Shown here: positions 17,170 through 26,977 of the stretch, in pieces
Layout of the letters: each line of letters starts with the position of its first letter
Position numbering within the stretch: the first letter of the stretch is position 1
Origin: a virus
Taxonomy: Duplodnaviria > Caudoviricetes
DNA length: 30,692 nt
Reading direction: 5' to 3' (one strand)
IMG/VR virus record: IMGVR_UViG_3300020045_002124
Coordinates: 1 to 30,692 of that record
Notes under the pieces: model-generated
Databases searched by the model: none
What the model saw: only the letters and a program-made list of their open reading frames with translations
What the model was told of the DNA's origin: nothing
Program-made: the position numbers and the translations under genes

Positions 17170-18618
17170 TTACGGTGCGGTAGTATCCGTACTAGACACA
17201 GCCTTATTAACTGGCGTTGGATTATTACTTTTCATAACATATTCCCACAGTCCCATCTCTTTCAAAGCTTCCATACTTGCTTCTATCTCTTCACGGGAAG
17301 TTCCACGTTCTGCCCAGATAGCTTGCATAGTTGTTTGACCGCTCATAACTTCTAGTAAGTCAGCTTGACTATCTTTAAGGTCATCAACACCATACCAACG
17401 TGGTAATTGATACGTTGGCTTAGCATTTGCAACTTTATATTTAAGTTTAGCATAGGCTTGGAATCTAGTCGTAAGTGGTTTCATTTGAGTTGGAATAGTT
17501 ATCATGTTATAGATAAACTCCACTCTATTTCTCCATTGGATAAGGATTGCACGGATAGAGCTAAAGTCCATACCTGATGTATCACCTTTTAACTCAAAAT
17601 AAGGCATATTGAGGGCAGAAGCAACTAACTCAAGTTCGCTTTTTATCATTGGAACTAGATTATTACCAATATCTGTACTTTGTACCTGCTCAAGTCTCTC
17701 TCCTGTTGCTAAGTAATGTACATTACCAGAAGCACTTCGGAAGATAGTTTGTTTGTTTGTGTCGTTAAGGTCGGACTTTCCTTGCACGGAGACACTCCCA
17801 ACGGGGGTTCTTAATAAGTTAGAACCCTCGGACGAGACTATCCAACTTACTGCGGAAGCATTAGTTTGCTGCTTTATTGTTGCATCACAAAGGTCTTCAA
17901 GGGCATAGATAGTCAATAAGCAACTTGACAACAATGGAACGCCTATCCATTGATTAGCATTCTTTCTTTCAAAGCAATTGATAATATCATTTGCATCTAT
18001 AATTTCTCTTTTCCAACCATCTTTTATTGGAAGAGGTTTGATACTAAAGTAACCTTCTTTGAAGAAGTGATAGGCTAAAGGTTTGGTGTTTTGGAAGGTT
18101 ATGCCGTACTTTGTTACAAGTCCATTGCTATTAAGTGAAGGATTATCTGTACCTGTATAATTAATATCCCAATACTCTGCTGGAATACCTTGGAGTTTTA
18201 GTGGTATTGGATGGTCATTAACTACGGTGTGGAGTCTTGTAAGTGCTTTACCAGATGCAAATCTTTCATGATTACAAGCAACTTGCCATGTATCAAGGTT
18301 ACCGAATCCATCCAGCATAGGGTTCTCTGCCCAACTATCCCATAAATCTTGCATTATGTTATGCTTGCTACCGTCAGGACTACTCCAAGTAACTTTAATA
18401 CTTCCTAGCTTAGTTGCATACTTGTCTTGGGCAGAGGAAGCTACGGCATTATTGCGACACATATAACGACTACGAGCTGTTAGAAAGAGTATCTCCGAGA
18501 CTCCTAGTGTATCAGCATCCCCTATACCAGCTTGCCTATGTGCTAAAGAATACTCTGTACTAGCTGCGGCATAGTTACTTTGGTATAAGTCTGGGACTAT
18601 AATGGTTGTGTCAGTCAT
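17170..18618 (-). CDS. Portal protein, lambda family
   Basis: Motifs ARSRYMCRNNAVA, PLKLQGIPAEY, NQWIGVPLLS and LNMPYFELKGDTSGMDFSSIRA; GGAG RBS before ATG 18618. Confidence 0.92.
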   Translation of the reverse strand: MTDTTIIVPDLYQSNYAAASTEYSLAHRQAGIGDADTLGVSEILFLTARSRYMCRNNAVASSAQDKYATKLGSIKVTWSSPDGSKHNIMQDLWDSWAENPMLDGFGNLDTWQVACNHERFASGKALTRLHTVVNDHPIPLKLQGIPAEYWDINYTGTDNPSLNSNGLVTKYGITFQNTKPLAYHFFKEGYFSIKPLPIKDGWKREIIDANDIINCFERKNANQWIGVPLLSSCLLTIYALEDLCDATIKQQTNASAVSWIVSSEGSNLLRTPVGSVSVQGKSDLNDTNKQTIFRSASGNVHYLATGERLEQVQSTDIGNNLVPMIKSELELVASALNMPYFELKGDTSGMDFSSIRAILIQWRNRVEFIYNMITIPTQMKPLTTRFQAYAKLKYKVANAKPTYQLPRWYGVDDLKDSQADLLEVMSGQTTMQAIWAERGTSREEIEASMEALKEMGLWEYVMKSNNPTPVNKAVSSTDTTAP

Positions 18619-18829
18619 TAGAAGACTCCAATGGGTTACAAAATTTTCCAAAACCATTAGTTATAGTTATTAAGTTACCAGCTACCATAGCTTTAATAGT
18701 CTTGCCATCCCTTGACTTATGGTTATTTACACATATACTGTGCCAGATACCATCTACAAGCATTTTTATTCTAGTAGAGTTTGGTTTTAATAACTCCTGT
18801 ACTATTGAAGTATTATCTAGTATACGCAT
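18611..18829 (-). CDS. Hypothetical protein (72 aa) between gpW and portal
   Basis: Translationally coupled on both sides: TGATG overlap with gpW and ATGACTGA overlap with portal. Confidence 0.6.
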   Translation of the reverse strand: MRILDNTSIVQELLKPNSTRIKMLVDGIWHSICVNNHKSRDGKTIKAMVAGNLITITNGFGKFCNPLESSND

Positions 18830-19113
18830 CAGAATCTCCGATTAACTAATAAAGGAACACTTGCACCTGTGCGGTACATAACTTCCGTTCCACCTTCCAA
18901 AGTATCTATCATTTCCAGAAGTTCTTTACGAAGTTCTTTAAGGTCACTTAAGGATACTTTGTTATTATCATAGACTCTGCGAAACTCCATAGAGCCTATC
19001 TCTACTCTTTGTAAGAGCTTCCCTTGCATAAGTAGGTCAATAGCAGCATTGACTTTAGCTAAGTCGGCGTAGGCTATTGTAAGTTTCATTTGTCTAGTTA
19101 TTGTCGTTGACAT
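18829..19113 (-). CDS. Head-to-tail joining protein gpW-like
   Basis: Motif DLAKVNAAIDLLMQG..QRVEIG...LSDLKELRKEL; upstream of portal; RBS spacing favours ATG 19113. Confidence 0.8.
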   Translation of the reverse strand: MSTTITRQMKLTIAYADLAKVNAAIDLLMQGKLLQRVEIGSMEFRRVYDNNKVSLSDLKELRKELLEMIDTLEGGTEVMYRTGASVPLLVNRRF

Positions 19114-19136
19114 TAGCATCTCCAGTTGTATTACTT

Positions 19137-19165
19137 ATTGTACCTTAGTTTGGTAAACTGTGCAA
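19137..19165 (-). promoter_or_regulatory. Sigma70-type promoter TTGCAC-17-TACAAT upstream of gpW
   Basis: Minus strand reads TTGCACagtttaccaaactaaggTACAAT. Confidence 0.65.
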
Positions 19166-19303
19166 ATTTATAGGCGGCAATACTAAATCAGACCACTTTA
19201 ACTTTCTAGGTAAGGGAGTTTGGCACGTCTTACATACCAAACTCCCAGACTTTTCTACAAACACATGACAGATATGAAGGTCTTTTTGGTCAAGACTACT
19301 CAT
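19145..19303 (-). CDS. Small Cys/His-containing hypothetical protein (52 aa; not in ORF track)
   Basis: Hand translation MSSLDQKDLHICHVFVEKSGSLVCKTCQTPLPRKLKWSDLVLPPINLHSLPN. It fills the gap, but the RBS is weak. Confidence 0.45.
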   Translation of the reverse strand: MSSLDQKDLHICHVFVEKSGSLVCKTCQTPLPRKLKWSDLVLPPINLHSLPN

Positions 19304-19313
19304 ACTAACCCAA

Positions 19314-19490
19314 TTAACCTTTGGTTACAGCAAAGGAGACTAATGCCGCCATAATTAAACTAACTAAGTATGGGATAATATCTTCTGGGATATTAATACG
19401 TTGTAGTAATAGACCTATCAAACCAGTTAAGGCTGCAAGTGTTGTTTTCTCAGATAATCTGTCTCTTACCCAGTTAAGTATTCTATTCAT
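19314..19490 (-). CDS. Small two-TM holin-like membrane protein (58 aa; not in ORF track)
   Basis: Hand translation MNRILNWVRDRLSEKTTLAALTGLIGLLLQRINIPEDIIPYLVSLIMAALVSFAVTKG; AGGAG RBS; two hydrophobic segments. Confidence 0.7.
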   Translation of the reverse strand: MNRILNWVRDRLSEKTTLAALTGLIGLLLQRINIPEDIIPYLVSLIMAALVSFAVTKG

Positions 19491-19499
19491 TTATTTCTC

Positions 19500-21467
19500 C
19501 TAGTTATATAAATAATTTTCAAGTTGTTTCCAATGTTCTGTTGTAAAGGAAGGTATGCCTATCGCGTAAGCTGAGTGGATTACATTCTTCTCAGCATCCA
19601 TAGCCTCCTTCCTTTTCCCACTTACTAACTTATAAATCTCTCTTTGCGTTCCACTTCTAACATCAATAAGTTTCCTACATGAAGTCATCTGTGCTTCATA
19701 AAGTCCATAACTTTGCTCATTAAAGTAGTATCTATCTTGATTACAACCTTCAACTAAGTTAAGACTAACTCTACGAAGTATCTCGTTATGTGCTTTATGC
19801 GCTCCAATGTTATAAACCTTAACGCCCATAGTTTCTGCAAGTGTACGTCTTGCTGACTTGTAGGTTAGTATGTCCATCTCAGAAGGTTCGTTGTAGATTT
19901 CATCGTGGCTAAAGCGAAGTTCATCACTACCTTTAGTAGCAAAGAAATGTTCATATCCTTGTATCTGGTTTATCTCTTGAATGAATCGGTAAACAAGTTC
20001 TGTATTCCAACCAGAGTCTATACTTCCTGCTGAGATTCGCATCTCTTTACCACTTGCGTGTTTGTAAACTCCAGTAAAGATATTCTTTAGTTCTGTCCAA
20101 ACAGGGTCTTGATAGTTTTGGGTGTTTCCAAAGATTTCTCTCCAAGTTACTAAGTAGGAGTTTCCATTTCTTCCCCAAGCTCTTATAACATACGCAAAGC
20201 GATTAATCTGAACATCCACACCTATAGTTAAGATAAGACCGTCACTAGGTACTATACCTTCTGGATAGTTGCTGCGCAGTTTTCGCATTTCTTCAACTGT
20301 TAAGGCACTTACCCCACTAGCATAACTCATACCTCTAGAGTTATTATAAAAGGTTTGCATTAAACCTTCTTTACCTCTTGCAAGGTCTTGTTCTGCAAGT
20401 ATTCTTTTCTTTGCAAGTTCTACAAAGTGGCTACCAGCAAAAGGGCTTAGAAGTTCAGAGAAGATGAATCCAAAGTTATCAACTATTTCAGGTTTCTTAG
20501 GATGCCAACCCTTAGAGAAATTCCCTGTATGGTCGGTGAAACCGTGTTTTTTACCTGCACGGATATTAACATCTTTCTGTTCAAAAGTCCATTCGGTATT
20601 GCAACTTGGGCAGTAAAACTTAGCAGACATAGGGTCATGCTTTCCATAGATGTCATCTATCTTACGGTCGCCATACTCCGCATAGCGAATACAGTCAAAA
20701 CTTGTACCATCCATAGGTACTAGGGTAAGACATTCATGGCATTCAGCTTTGAAAACAAGTTGATTAGAGGTCTTAATAGCATTTTCTACAAGAGAAAAGT
20801 CCATGTGAGTTGGAGTGCCACCGAAGATTAGTTTCTTCATACTTGTTGGTACTAGCTTTTGCCGTTCCTTTAAGTTAGAAAGAACATCCCCTTGTCCTGC
20901 AATGTTATTCTTCAAGTCATCTGGTTCTTCGATTTCAATATAAGGTACATTGTTTGACTTAAGAGAACCAATACTACCAAGTGTACGAAGTCTTAAACTA
21001 CCACCTGAGAAAGAATAATCAAAAATAGACTTCTTATTCTCTGACATTCCTACGTCAACTAAGCCTGACATGATTGGCGTGTTCTGCAAGAACCATTTAA
21101 ACTTTTCCTTACCAAAAGTTCTTGCATCTTCTTTAGTTGGAAAGCCTAATAGCATATTACAAGGTTGGGTATGGATTCTCCTTCCTCTGTAGTTATTAAT
21201 AGTTTCTGTCCACGCTATGCGAGCAGACTTCTGAGAGCAGATAATTGGTATTTGTAAGTTATCAAGACAGTCGTAGACGTATTCCATGTATGGTGTATAG
21301 TCTGGGTCAAACTTACCTACACCGAAAGAAGTCTCTGCACTATCCATACTTCTGTATTTCTTTGCCCATTCTAAGGTAGAGATACGAAGAATAGGTCTAC
21401 AAAGTTTAAGACAAGTTGCAATTAACTTTCGTTCTGCTATATTTGCTAAGGTAGCTTTAAAGTGCAT
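19500..21467 (-). CDS. terL: Terminase large subunit, lambda gpA family
   Basis: Motifs EWAKKYR, TPYM, KSARIAWTE (Walker A), GGTPT, CHEC/CPSC, LTIGVDVQ, IDSG and EAMDAE. Confidence 0.95.
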   Translation of the reverse strand: MHFKATLANIAERKLIATCLKLCRPILRISTLEWAKKYRSMDSAETSFGVGKFDPDYTPYMEYVYDCLDNLQIPIICSQKSARIAWTETINNYRGRRIHTQPCNMLLGFPTKEDARTFGKEKFKWFLQNTPIMSGLVDVGMSENKKSIFDYSFSGGSLRLRTLGSIGSLKSNNVPYIEIEEPDDLKNNIAGQGDVLSNLKERQKLVPTSMKKLIFGGTPTHMDFSLVENAIKTSNQLVFKAECHECLTLVPMDGTSFDCIRYAEYGDRKIDDIYGKHDPMSAKFYCPSCNTEWTFEQKDVNIRAGKKHGFTDHTGNFSKGWHPKKPEIVDNFGFIFSELLSPFAGSHFVELAKKRILAEQDLARGKEGLMQTFYNNSRGMSYASGVSALTVEEMRKLRSNYPEGIVPSDGLILTIGVDVQINRFAYVIRAWGRNGNSYLVTWREIFGNTQNYQDPVWTELKNIFTGVYKHASGKEMRISAGSIDSGWNTELVYRFIQEINQIQGYEHFFATKGSDELRFSHDEIYNEPSEMDILTYKSARRTLAETMGVKVYNIGAHKAHNEILRRVSLNLVEGCNQDRYYFNEQSYGLYEAQMTSCRKLIDVRSGTQREIYKLVSGKRKEAMDAEKNVIHSAYAIGIPSFTTEHWKQLENYLYN

Positions 21468-21468
21468 A

Positions 21469-22599
21469 CTATAACTCCGCTTCTAAGGTGATTGTTCTAC
21501 CTACTGCATCGCAGTTAAGTACAACTGCACGGGAAGCTACTGTTGCAACCATACTTATACTAAGAGTAGCTCTATCGAAACCTACTATAGACGTAGATAA
21601 CGTACTAGAAACATTAGAAGCACCGTCCGCACCAAGCCACCCTGCACTAAATGTAATAGTTGGTTTTTTACACTTCTGTACATATAGCAACACAACACTA
21701 GCACTTGTTCCACTTGTAGCTACACCAGACGCTACCCCTTGATTAGTAGTTTCTGTTTTTATTACTTCAAAGTATCGCTTACAAATTGATAACTCAGTAT
21801 GGTAAGCACGTTGTTCAAACTTAGTAGGAAGACTTCCAAGTTCTAGTTGAACTAAGGTTAGTGTGCCAGTGTTAAACTCTACCTGTGTACTAACCCCACC
21901 AGTTATACTAGCAGTAATACCACTTGTGCTATAACTACCACTAGCAACCTTACCTTGTGCTGTACCAGTCCAACTTAATGTATGCGTATTCACACCATAA
22001 GGTACATTAACATCTTCTACTATCTGTATAAGCGAACCAGCTGTTATAGTTATCGTTGTCAAACCATTGATAGTTACAAAGTTATAGGTACAACCAGAAG
22101 CCCCAGCTTTCCAACGGTCATGCCCATATACGCCACCAGCTAATGTAACTGTACCAGAGACCGCACGTTGGTTTATCGTAAAGGCTGGGTTAAGTAGTAA
22201 GTTTTTACCAACTAAGTCAACTAAACCAGCTACTGTAATATCTTTATCTGGGAAAGTGTATGTTCTAGCGGCTGTATTTGTATTAGTTAAGAAACTTGTA
22301 AAGGTATCGGCAACATTCTTGAAGTTAATCTTAAATAATGTAAGACCAGCATAGCCATTACTAACATCTTTGTTACCATATAGTTTCTGTATGGCACTAA
22401 GGATTGTATCCGCAGATGTGATAGTACCTGTGGCAGATGTAAACCCTGTTAGTACCCTAGTTAGTGGGTCAGTCATACCTCCTATTGCTGTTTGCAAGGC
22501 TTCTATGTCAAACTTAGCAGCAGCAGCCAAAGCCCTTAATACACTAGAAGTTACTAAGGCATTTGTTAAAGGTTTTGTAGCGTCAATTGTACTAGCCAT
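21469..22599 (-). CDS. Tail fibre / receptor-binding protein
   Basis: Follows gpJ; Thr/Gly-rich; motifs KNLLLNPAFTINQR...DRWK and VQLELGSLPTKFEQR...ELSICKRYF are typical of phage fibre modules. Confidence 0.75.
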   Translation of the reverse strand: MASTIDATKPLTNALVTSSVLRALAAAAKFDIEALQTAIGGMTDPLTRVLTGFTSATGTITSADTILSAIQKLYGNKDVSNGYAGLTLFKINFKNVADTFTSFLTNTNTAARTYTFPDKDITVAGLVDLVGKNLLLNPAFTINQRAVSGTVTLAGGVYGHDRWKAGASGCTYNFVTINGLTTITITAGSLIQIVEDVNVPYGVNTHTLSWTGTAQGKVASGSYSTSGITASITGGVSTQVEFNTGTLTLVQLELGSLPTKFEQRAYHTELSICKRYFEVIKTETTNQGVASGVATSGTSASVVLLYVQKCKKPTITFSAGWLGADGASNVSSTLSTSIVGFDRATLSISMVATVASRAVVLNCDAVGRTITLEAEL

Positions 22600-22611
22600 G
22601 TTCTATCTCCG

Positions 22612-24993
22612 TTAAAATTGCATGGGTGAATACCCATCATAATAGTTATTAGTGTCATAGGTTGCAGTAGTGTCATAACGAATTTCTGCAAAACTGTAGG
22701 TAACTGGTTTACTTGGTAAATCTAAGGAGCTTATAGCTACTATTGTGAAGAAATATGTTGTATTATCTTGAAGTATGGTAGCAACAAAATCAAAACTCTT
22801 TGTATTTACTGTGACAGTTCCAGTTACTCCAAGTGAGGTTGTGTAAGTTACCTGATAAGTATAGGTTCGTCCAGCTTCTTGAACGTGTTCCCATGTTAAT
22901 ACAAAATGCTTATTTGTTAAGTCGCTTAAGTTTGTGAAATCTTGTAACTGTATGTTTGTAACACTAGCCGTCTTCCCTTGTATAACTTCAACGAAATTAT
23001 TTGTACTTGGTAAGGTAACTACCTGTTCAATGAAATCATACTTTCTAGCATCATATTTTGTAGCTTCTATCAGGTAAACATCTTCTTCTTTTGTGAGGTT
23101 AGTTACTTTATATGGGGTTGTCCTTTCTGACTTCTGAATAAAGATACTTTGGGCAATTAACTCTAGTGTTCCTGTATGCGCGGCTGAAACTTCTGTTAAA
23201 CTTCCTGCAACTTCATTAAGCATTAGCTCTACTAATTCACCAATAGAATTATAAACCATAATAGTAGTTATACCTGTTAATGTTATGGCTCTATCTAATA
23301 CTAGGTTAATTCCAACTGGGCTAGAAACATAACTAACAACCCTTCCAGTCTCTACTGTATCAAATAAGTTACTATCATGTATTCTTATTAAACTCCCTTT
23401 ATGAAGCATAACAGCTTCTATAAGACAGCGGAATTGTACTATACCGTCACCCTCTAAGTCAATCATGAGGGAGTCCCACAGTAGGTTTCTCCCCTTTCGT
23501 ATTCCAGCAGAGACACTAGCACAACCAAGCATTAAGAAGTCTGAACTTGTATAACCATAAAGGTCTACAAAGTGTCCTCTCGGCACTGAAAGAAAGTCCT
23601 CCAAGTCATCAACTAAGACTGTGATTGTTCTAGTTCTATTCCTATTGTCAATTTCTTGGATTGTTACGTTTATTTGTGTATTGTTATCTGTAATGTCTGC
23701 ACTAGCGTACTCAAAGAGTCCTTCAAGTACATTTTGGTTAGTAAAGACAGGGCTTTGATTTATTTCCTCGGTAGTGAAACGTCTATCCCATACAATAGAT
23801 ACCAAGCCACCATATTCAATGAGTTCTGCATTTCCTACTGTTAGTAGGTCGTCTCTAGCTATCTTAGCATCTTTACGTTCAATGAATTGTCTATTAAGTG
23901 TATATCTCGGCTCTGTTAAGACTGCGGAACTTGGAGTCTCCCTGTAAGAAAGCAACTCATCACAGTATCTAGCGTATTCTTCAAAAGTAAAATGCGCAAG
24001 ATGTTCTCTAGGAATGTCACAACCTCGTGGGTAGCGAATACCATCAACTTCAAAGAATAACCAATCACTTAGAAAGTTATAGATTACCCAACTTAGGTTA
24101 TTTGAGTAGTTATAAACAGGTAAGCCAGCTACGGTATTAAAAGTACCATCCCAAGATATTCTTGTTGGGTCTGTTGGCGACACCCAACTATCACCATCGG
24201 AGTATAACTTAGTATTAGGGTCATAGTAGTCTCTCAGTGGAAGCATTAACTTGACACCAGAACCTCTAATAGATATATTTGGTATTCTATTAGCTACTTC
24301 TGTAGCATCCTCCAGTCTAATAGCTATTAAGGCAGAACCTGCATAGTTGCTTACATTGTCTGTACTGTAGTAGGTTATATGTGGGACAGACATAACAACA
24401 TCAGAGTCTAATGGAAAACCTGACAAAGCACTATGCGCTATCCGAACACCCCACTCGTGGTCTCCTGTGTTAGTAACAGGTCTACTTACTCTAAATGATG
24501 CTTGATATTGCCCATCGCTTTTTCCAACAATAGCTGGACTATTAACTAGAGAGTAACCTCCTAGTAAATAACTATCAGCGGTAGATATATTAAAAACTAC
24601 CATGGCATAAACAGAGTCACCTTCTGGAGTTATATAAACTACCGTACTAAAGTTTACTGCAATATCTATGTACTCATACGAACCGTCTATTGGTCTAACT
24701 ACACCAGCAGGGTCTTCATAAGGTAGTGGAACATCTACTGCTTCTGTTATTGCTGTAGAGTTAAGATGCGCTATCTGCCCTTGATTTACTTCTCCGAAGG
24801 TAAAAGACCAACTAGCTGTAAACTCAGTGATACTTACATCATCTATGTAGATGTCTTCAATGTTAGTAATCTCACCTTCACTAACTACAAAAAGTAAATA
24901 TAATGACTGCGTAGCTTTTAAATTAGCAGGATAGCTAACTGGTTGTGCAGGTGGGCTACCACCTTCCCCGTATAGTCTAGGTAAAGTATTCAT
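22612..24993 (-). CDS. Tail tip / host specificity protein, gpJ-like
   Basis: Motifs LFVVSEGEI, YDPNTKLY, WDGTF, YSNNLSWVIY and EPRYTLN, with a C-terminal FN3-like domain. Confidence 0.9.
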   Translation of the reverse strand: MNTLPRLYGEGGSPPAQPVSYPANLKATQSLYLLFVVSEGEITNIEDIYIDDVSITEFTASWSFTFGEVNQGQIAHLNSTAITEAVDVPLPYEDPAGVVRPIDGSYEYIDIAVNFSTVVYITPEGDSVYAMVVFNISTADSYLLGGYSLVNSPAIVGKSDGQYQASFRVSRPVTNTGDHEWGVRIAHSALSGFPLDSDVVMSVPHITYYSTDNVSNYAGSALIAIRLEDATEVANRIPNISIRGSGVKLMLPLRDYYDPNTKLYSDGDSWVSPTDPTRISWDGTFNTVAGLPVYNYSNNLSWVIYNFLSDWLFFEVDGIRYPRGCDIPREHLAHFTFEEYARYCDELLSYRETPSSAVLTEPRYTLNRQFIERKDAKIARDDLLTVGNAELIEYGGLVSIVWDRRFTTEEINQSPVFTNQNVLEGLFEYASADITDNNTQINVTIQEIDNRNRTRTITVLVDDLEDFLSVPRGHFVDLYGYTSSDFLMLGCASVSAGIRKGRNLLWDSLMIDLEGDGIVQFRCLIEAVMLHKGSLIRIHDSNLFDTVETGRVVSYVSSPVGINLVLDRAITLTGITTIMVYNSIGELVELMLNEVAGSLTEVSAAHTGTLELIAQSIFIQKSERTTPYKVTNLTKEEDVYLIEATKYDARKYDFIEQVVTLPSTNNFVEVIQGKTASVTNIQLQDFTNLSDLTNKHFVLTWEHVQEAGRTYTYQVTYTTSLGVTGTVTVNTKSFDFVATILQDNTTYFFTIVAISSLDLPSKPVTYSFAEIRYDTTATYDTNNYYDGYSPMQF

Positions 24994-25607
24994 ACAAATC
25001 TCATCCAGTTAGCTGGGTAGTTCATACCCTCTGCAAAAGTTCCAATAGGGATAACATCAGTGTATATTGGTAAGGTTTGCTCAAGTCTAAGTCCTATACG
25101 AACCCCACCAAAAAGGCAGTTACCAAAGACAACTGGAACACTACCACCTTGTTCGGTTATGTTTGGGACACCATTATATAGTTTAGATAAGTTGGACGGG
25201 TCTTGGTCTTTATCTAGTTTGTTTTGTGGAGTTAAGGCGCGTACCAACATACCTAAACCTATTACAAGACCAACAGTAACTATGGTTGCTACCGCATATC
25301 CTAGTGTAAGTGAACCACCCAAAGCTGTTACGCCTGCTACTATAGAAGTAAAGATTGCTTCCCCACTTATCTTTGGGCAAACAACTAACACATCATAACT
25401 ACTAATATCATATTCTAACATAGTTGGTAAGATTGGGTAGGCTTTCTCCTTTTCTTCTTCATATACAGTATAGCAAAGTTCTCTTTCAGAAACTTCTTTA
25501 AATAAAGCTGGCTTATTTACCCTAAGATAATCATAAAGTTGCACTAAGTTTAATACTTGTAGGTTAAACCTTTCAACACCGTTGTCTGAATAGTAAATAA
25601 CTTGCAT
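24990..25607 (-). CDS. Tail assembly protein gpI-like
   Basis: Motifs CPKISG, a hydrophobic Gly/Ala stretch and NITEQGGSVPVVFG; located between K and J. Confidence 0.85.
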   Translation of the reverse strand: MQVIYYSDNGVERFNLQVLNLVQLYDYLRVNKPALFKEVSERELCYTVYEEEKEKAYPILPTMLEYDISSYDVLVVCPKISGEAIFTSIVAGVTALGGSLTLGYAVATIVTVGLVIGLGMLVRALTPQNKLDKDQDPSNLSKLYNGVPNITEQGGSVPVVFGNCLFGGVRIGLRLEQTLPIYTDVIPIGTFAEGMNYPANWMRFV

Positions 25608-25608
25608 C

Positions 25609-26388
25609 TTATTCTCCTAAATCTGGATGTCTGTAAACCTTTGTTATCTTATTAAGATATAGTTCAAGTGGTTCAATCTTTGATATTTCGCCCTGATTAA
25701 GTATCATATTATCTCCTAGATAAATCATAGCATGATTGTCCTTGAAGCCAAGTATTGAAGTAATAAGTAAGTCTCCTTTTCTTAACTGCCCTGTCTTGGT
25801 AATATCAATTAGATTGTTCTTCTTAATTGATGCTGTTATGTTATCTTGTTGGAGTAGATTGTGTTCTTGTAGCTTGTTATCTTCGAGAACTCGCTTAACT
25901 AAATCTGCCCAAGACTTCTTCTCTGTAAGATGGTCTGTTAATGGAATCTTAATGTCAATTCCAAACTCGAAATGATAGTAATCCCTGATAAGACAACCGC
26001 AGTCCGAAACTCCAAAGATATAAGGTCGATTGATGTAATCTTTAGAGGGTTCAGGCGGTACTTTTAAAGGTTGGTAGTATAGGCTTCCGTCATAGGCAGA
26101 GATGTACAATGGTAGTCCAACTTCTGTAGCTAGTAAAAGGTCTGCAAGACTTGGCGTTTGTATATGTATATGGCTCTTTCCTGTATGAGAATGAATAATA
26201 GCGTAGATAACATCCTTTTCTCTAGTGAATTGCAAAGGGTCTATCTCAAAGGATTTAGTCTTATCTTCTGCGATGTTTACTTGTTCTATGAAAGAACCGT
26301 CATAGTAGATGAAACCGCACATTTCATTCGGAAAGGTTCTTCGAGTTGCTAGTTCTATTTGTAGTAAGGCTGAATTTGAAAGTTGCAT
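25609..26388 (-). CDS. Tail assembly protein gpK-like (JAB/MPN plus NlpC/P60)
   Basis: Motifs PNEMCG, IIHSH, PSLADL, RPYIFGVSDCGCLIRDYY and NHAMIYLGD. Confidence 0.92.
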   Translation of the reverse strand: MQLSNSALLQIELATRRTFPNEMCGFIYYDGSFIEQVNIAEDKTKSFEIDPLQFTREKDVIYAIIHSHTGKSHIHIQTPSLADLLLATEVGLPLYISAYDGSLYYQPLKVPPEPSKDYINRPYIFGVSDCGCLIRDYYHFEFGIDIKIPLTDHLTEKKSWADLVKRVLEDNKLQEHNLLQQDNITASIKKNNLIDITKTGQLRKGDLLITSILGFKDNHAMIYLGDNMILNQGEISKIEPLELYLNKITKVYRHPDLGE

Positions 26389-26416
26389 ATTATCTCCAAT
26401 ATGTTGTTTAGTTAAG

Positions 26417-26941
26417 TTAAACAGATTTCGTTATTGCAAGTCCTTCAAATCTCATCTTAACACGACCATCACGCAACATTTGGCGACGTGGAAACTTCAT
26501 TTGACGGAAGTTAGTATAGGTGTTAAGTCCGTAGACTAATTGTCCAGCTTGTTTAGAAAGCATTTGATTAACAGTAAAGTGCCTTTTCATTAAGAACAAA
26601 GGTGTACTGCTTCCAGCATCTAATCCTATATAAGTTTCCGCAGTTTGCACATAAGTTACCTTCGCTCCCTTAAGGTTTGGTACTTTGTAAACTGCTGAAA
26701 GCCAATAAGCATCTCTCTTAGCTATTGATAGCTTCGGAGTATCATTAGCATTAGTCTCATTAAAGGTAACATCTGAGATTATAACTGGAAACGCAAAGAA
26801 CTCGTTGCCTTCCCAGAATAAACTACCACTTCTTAGGGCATTAGTCAGCCTATAGATTGTTCCATTGTAATCTATCTCAAACAGTTCTACTAAGTTTGGT
26901 AGTTCTAGTTGTTGAATAAGTGTTAGATTTTCATTTGCCAT
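26417..26941 (-). CDS. Minor tail protein gpL-like (short; lacks Cys-rich C-terminus)
   Basis: Motifs LVELFEID, LFWEGNEF.AFPV, PKLSIA, LKGAKVT and FPRRQM; upstream of K-I-J. Confidence 0.85.
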   Translation of the reverse strand: MANENLTLIQQLELPNLVELFEIDYNGTIYRLTNALRSGSLFWEGNEFFAFPVIISDVTFNETNANDTPKLSIAKRDAYWLSAVYKVPNLKGAKVTYVQTAETYIGLDAGSSTPLFLMKRHFTVNQMLSKQAGQLVYGLNTYTNFRQMKFPRRQMLRDGRVKMRFEGLAITKSV

Positions 26942-26947
26942 AGTTGC

Positions 26948-26977
26948 TTGACAGTTTTAGGATATTTAAGGTATAGT
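26948..26977 (+). promoter_or_regulatory. Rightward sigma70-type promoter TTGACA-18-TATAGT
   Basis: Direct motif match in the divergent intergenic region. Confidence 0.65.

Noticed and set aside
473-26539. Plus-strand ORFs antisense to the structural genes (e.g. 473..670, 3755..4129, 5000..5323, 15575..15847, 19321..19503) and short alternate-frame ORFs
   Set aside because: They are shadow ORFs of real minus-strand genes and show no recognisable motifs.
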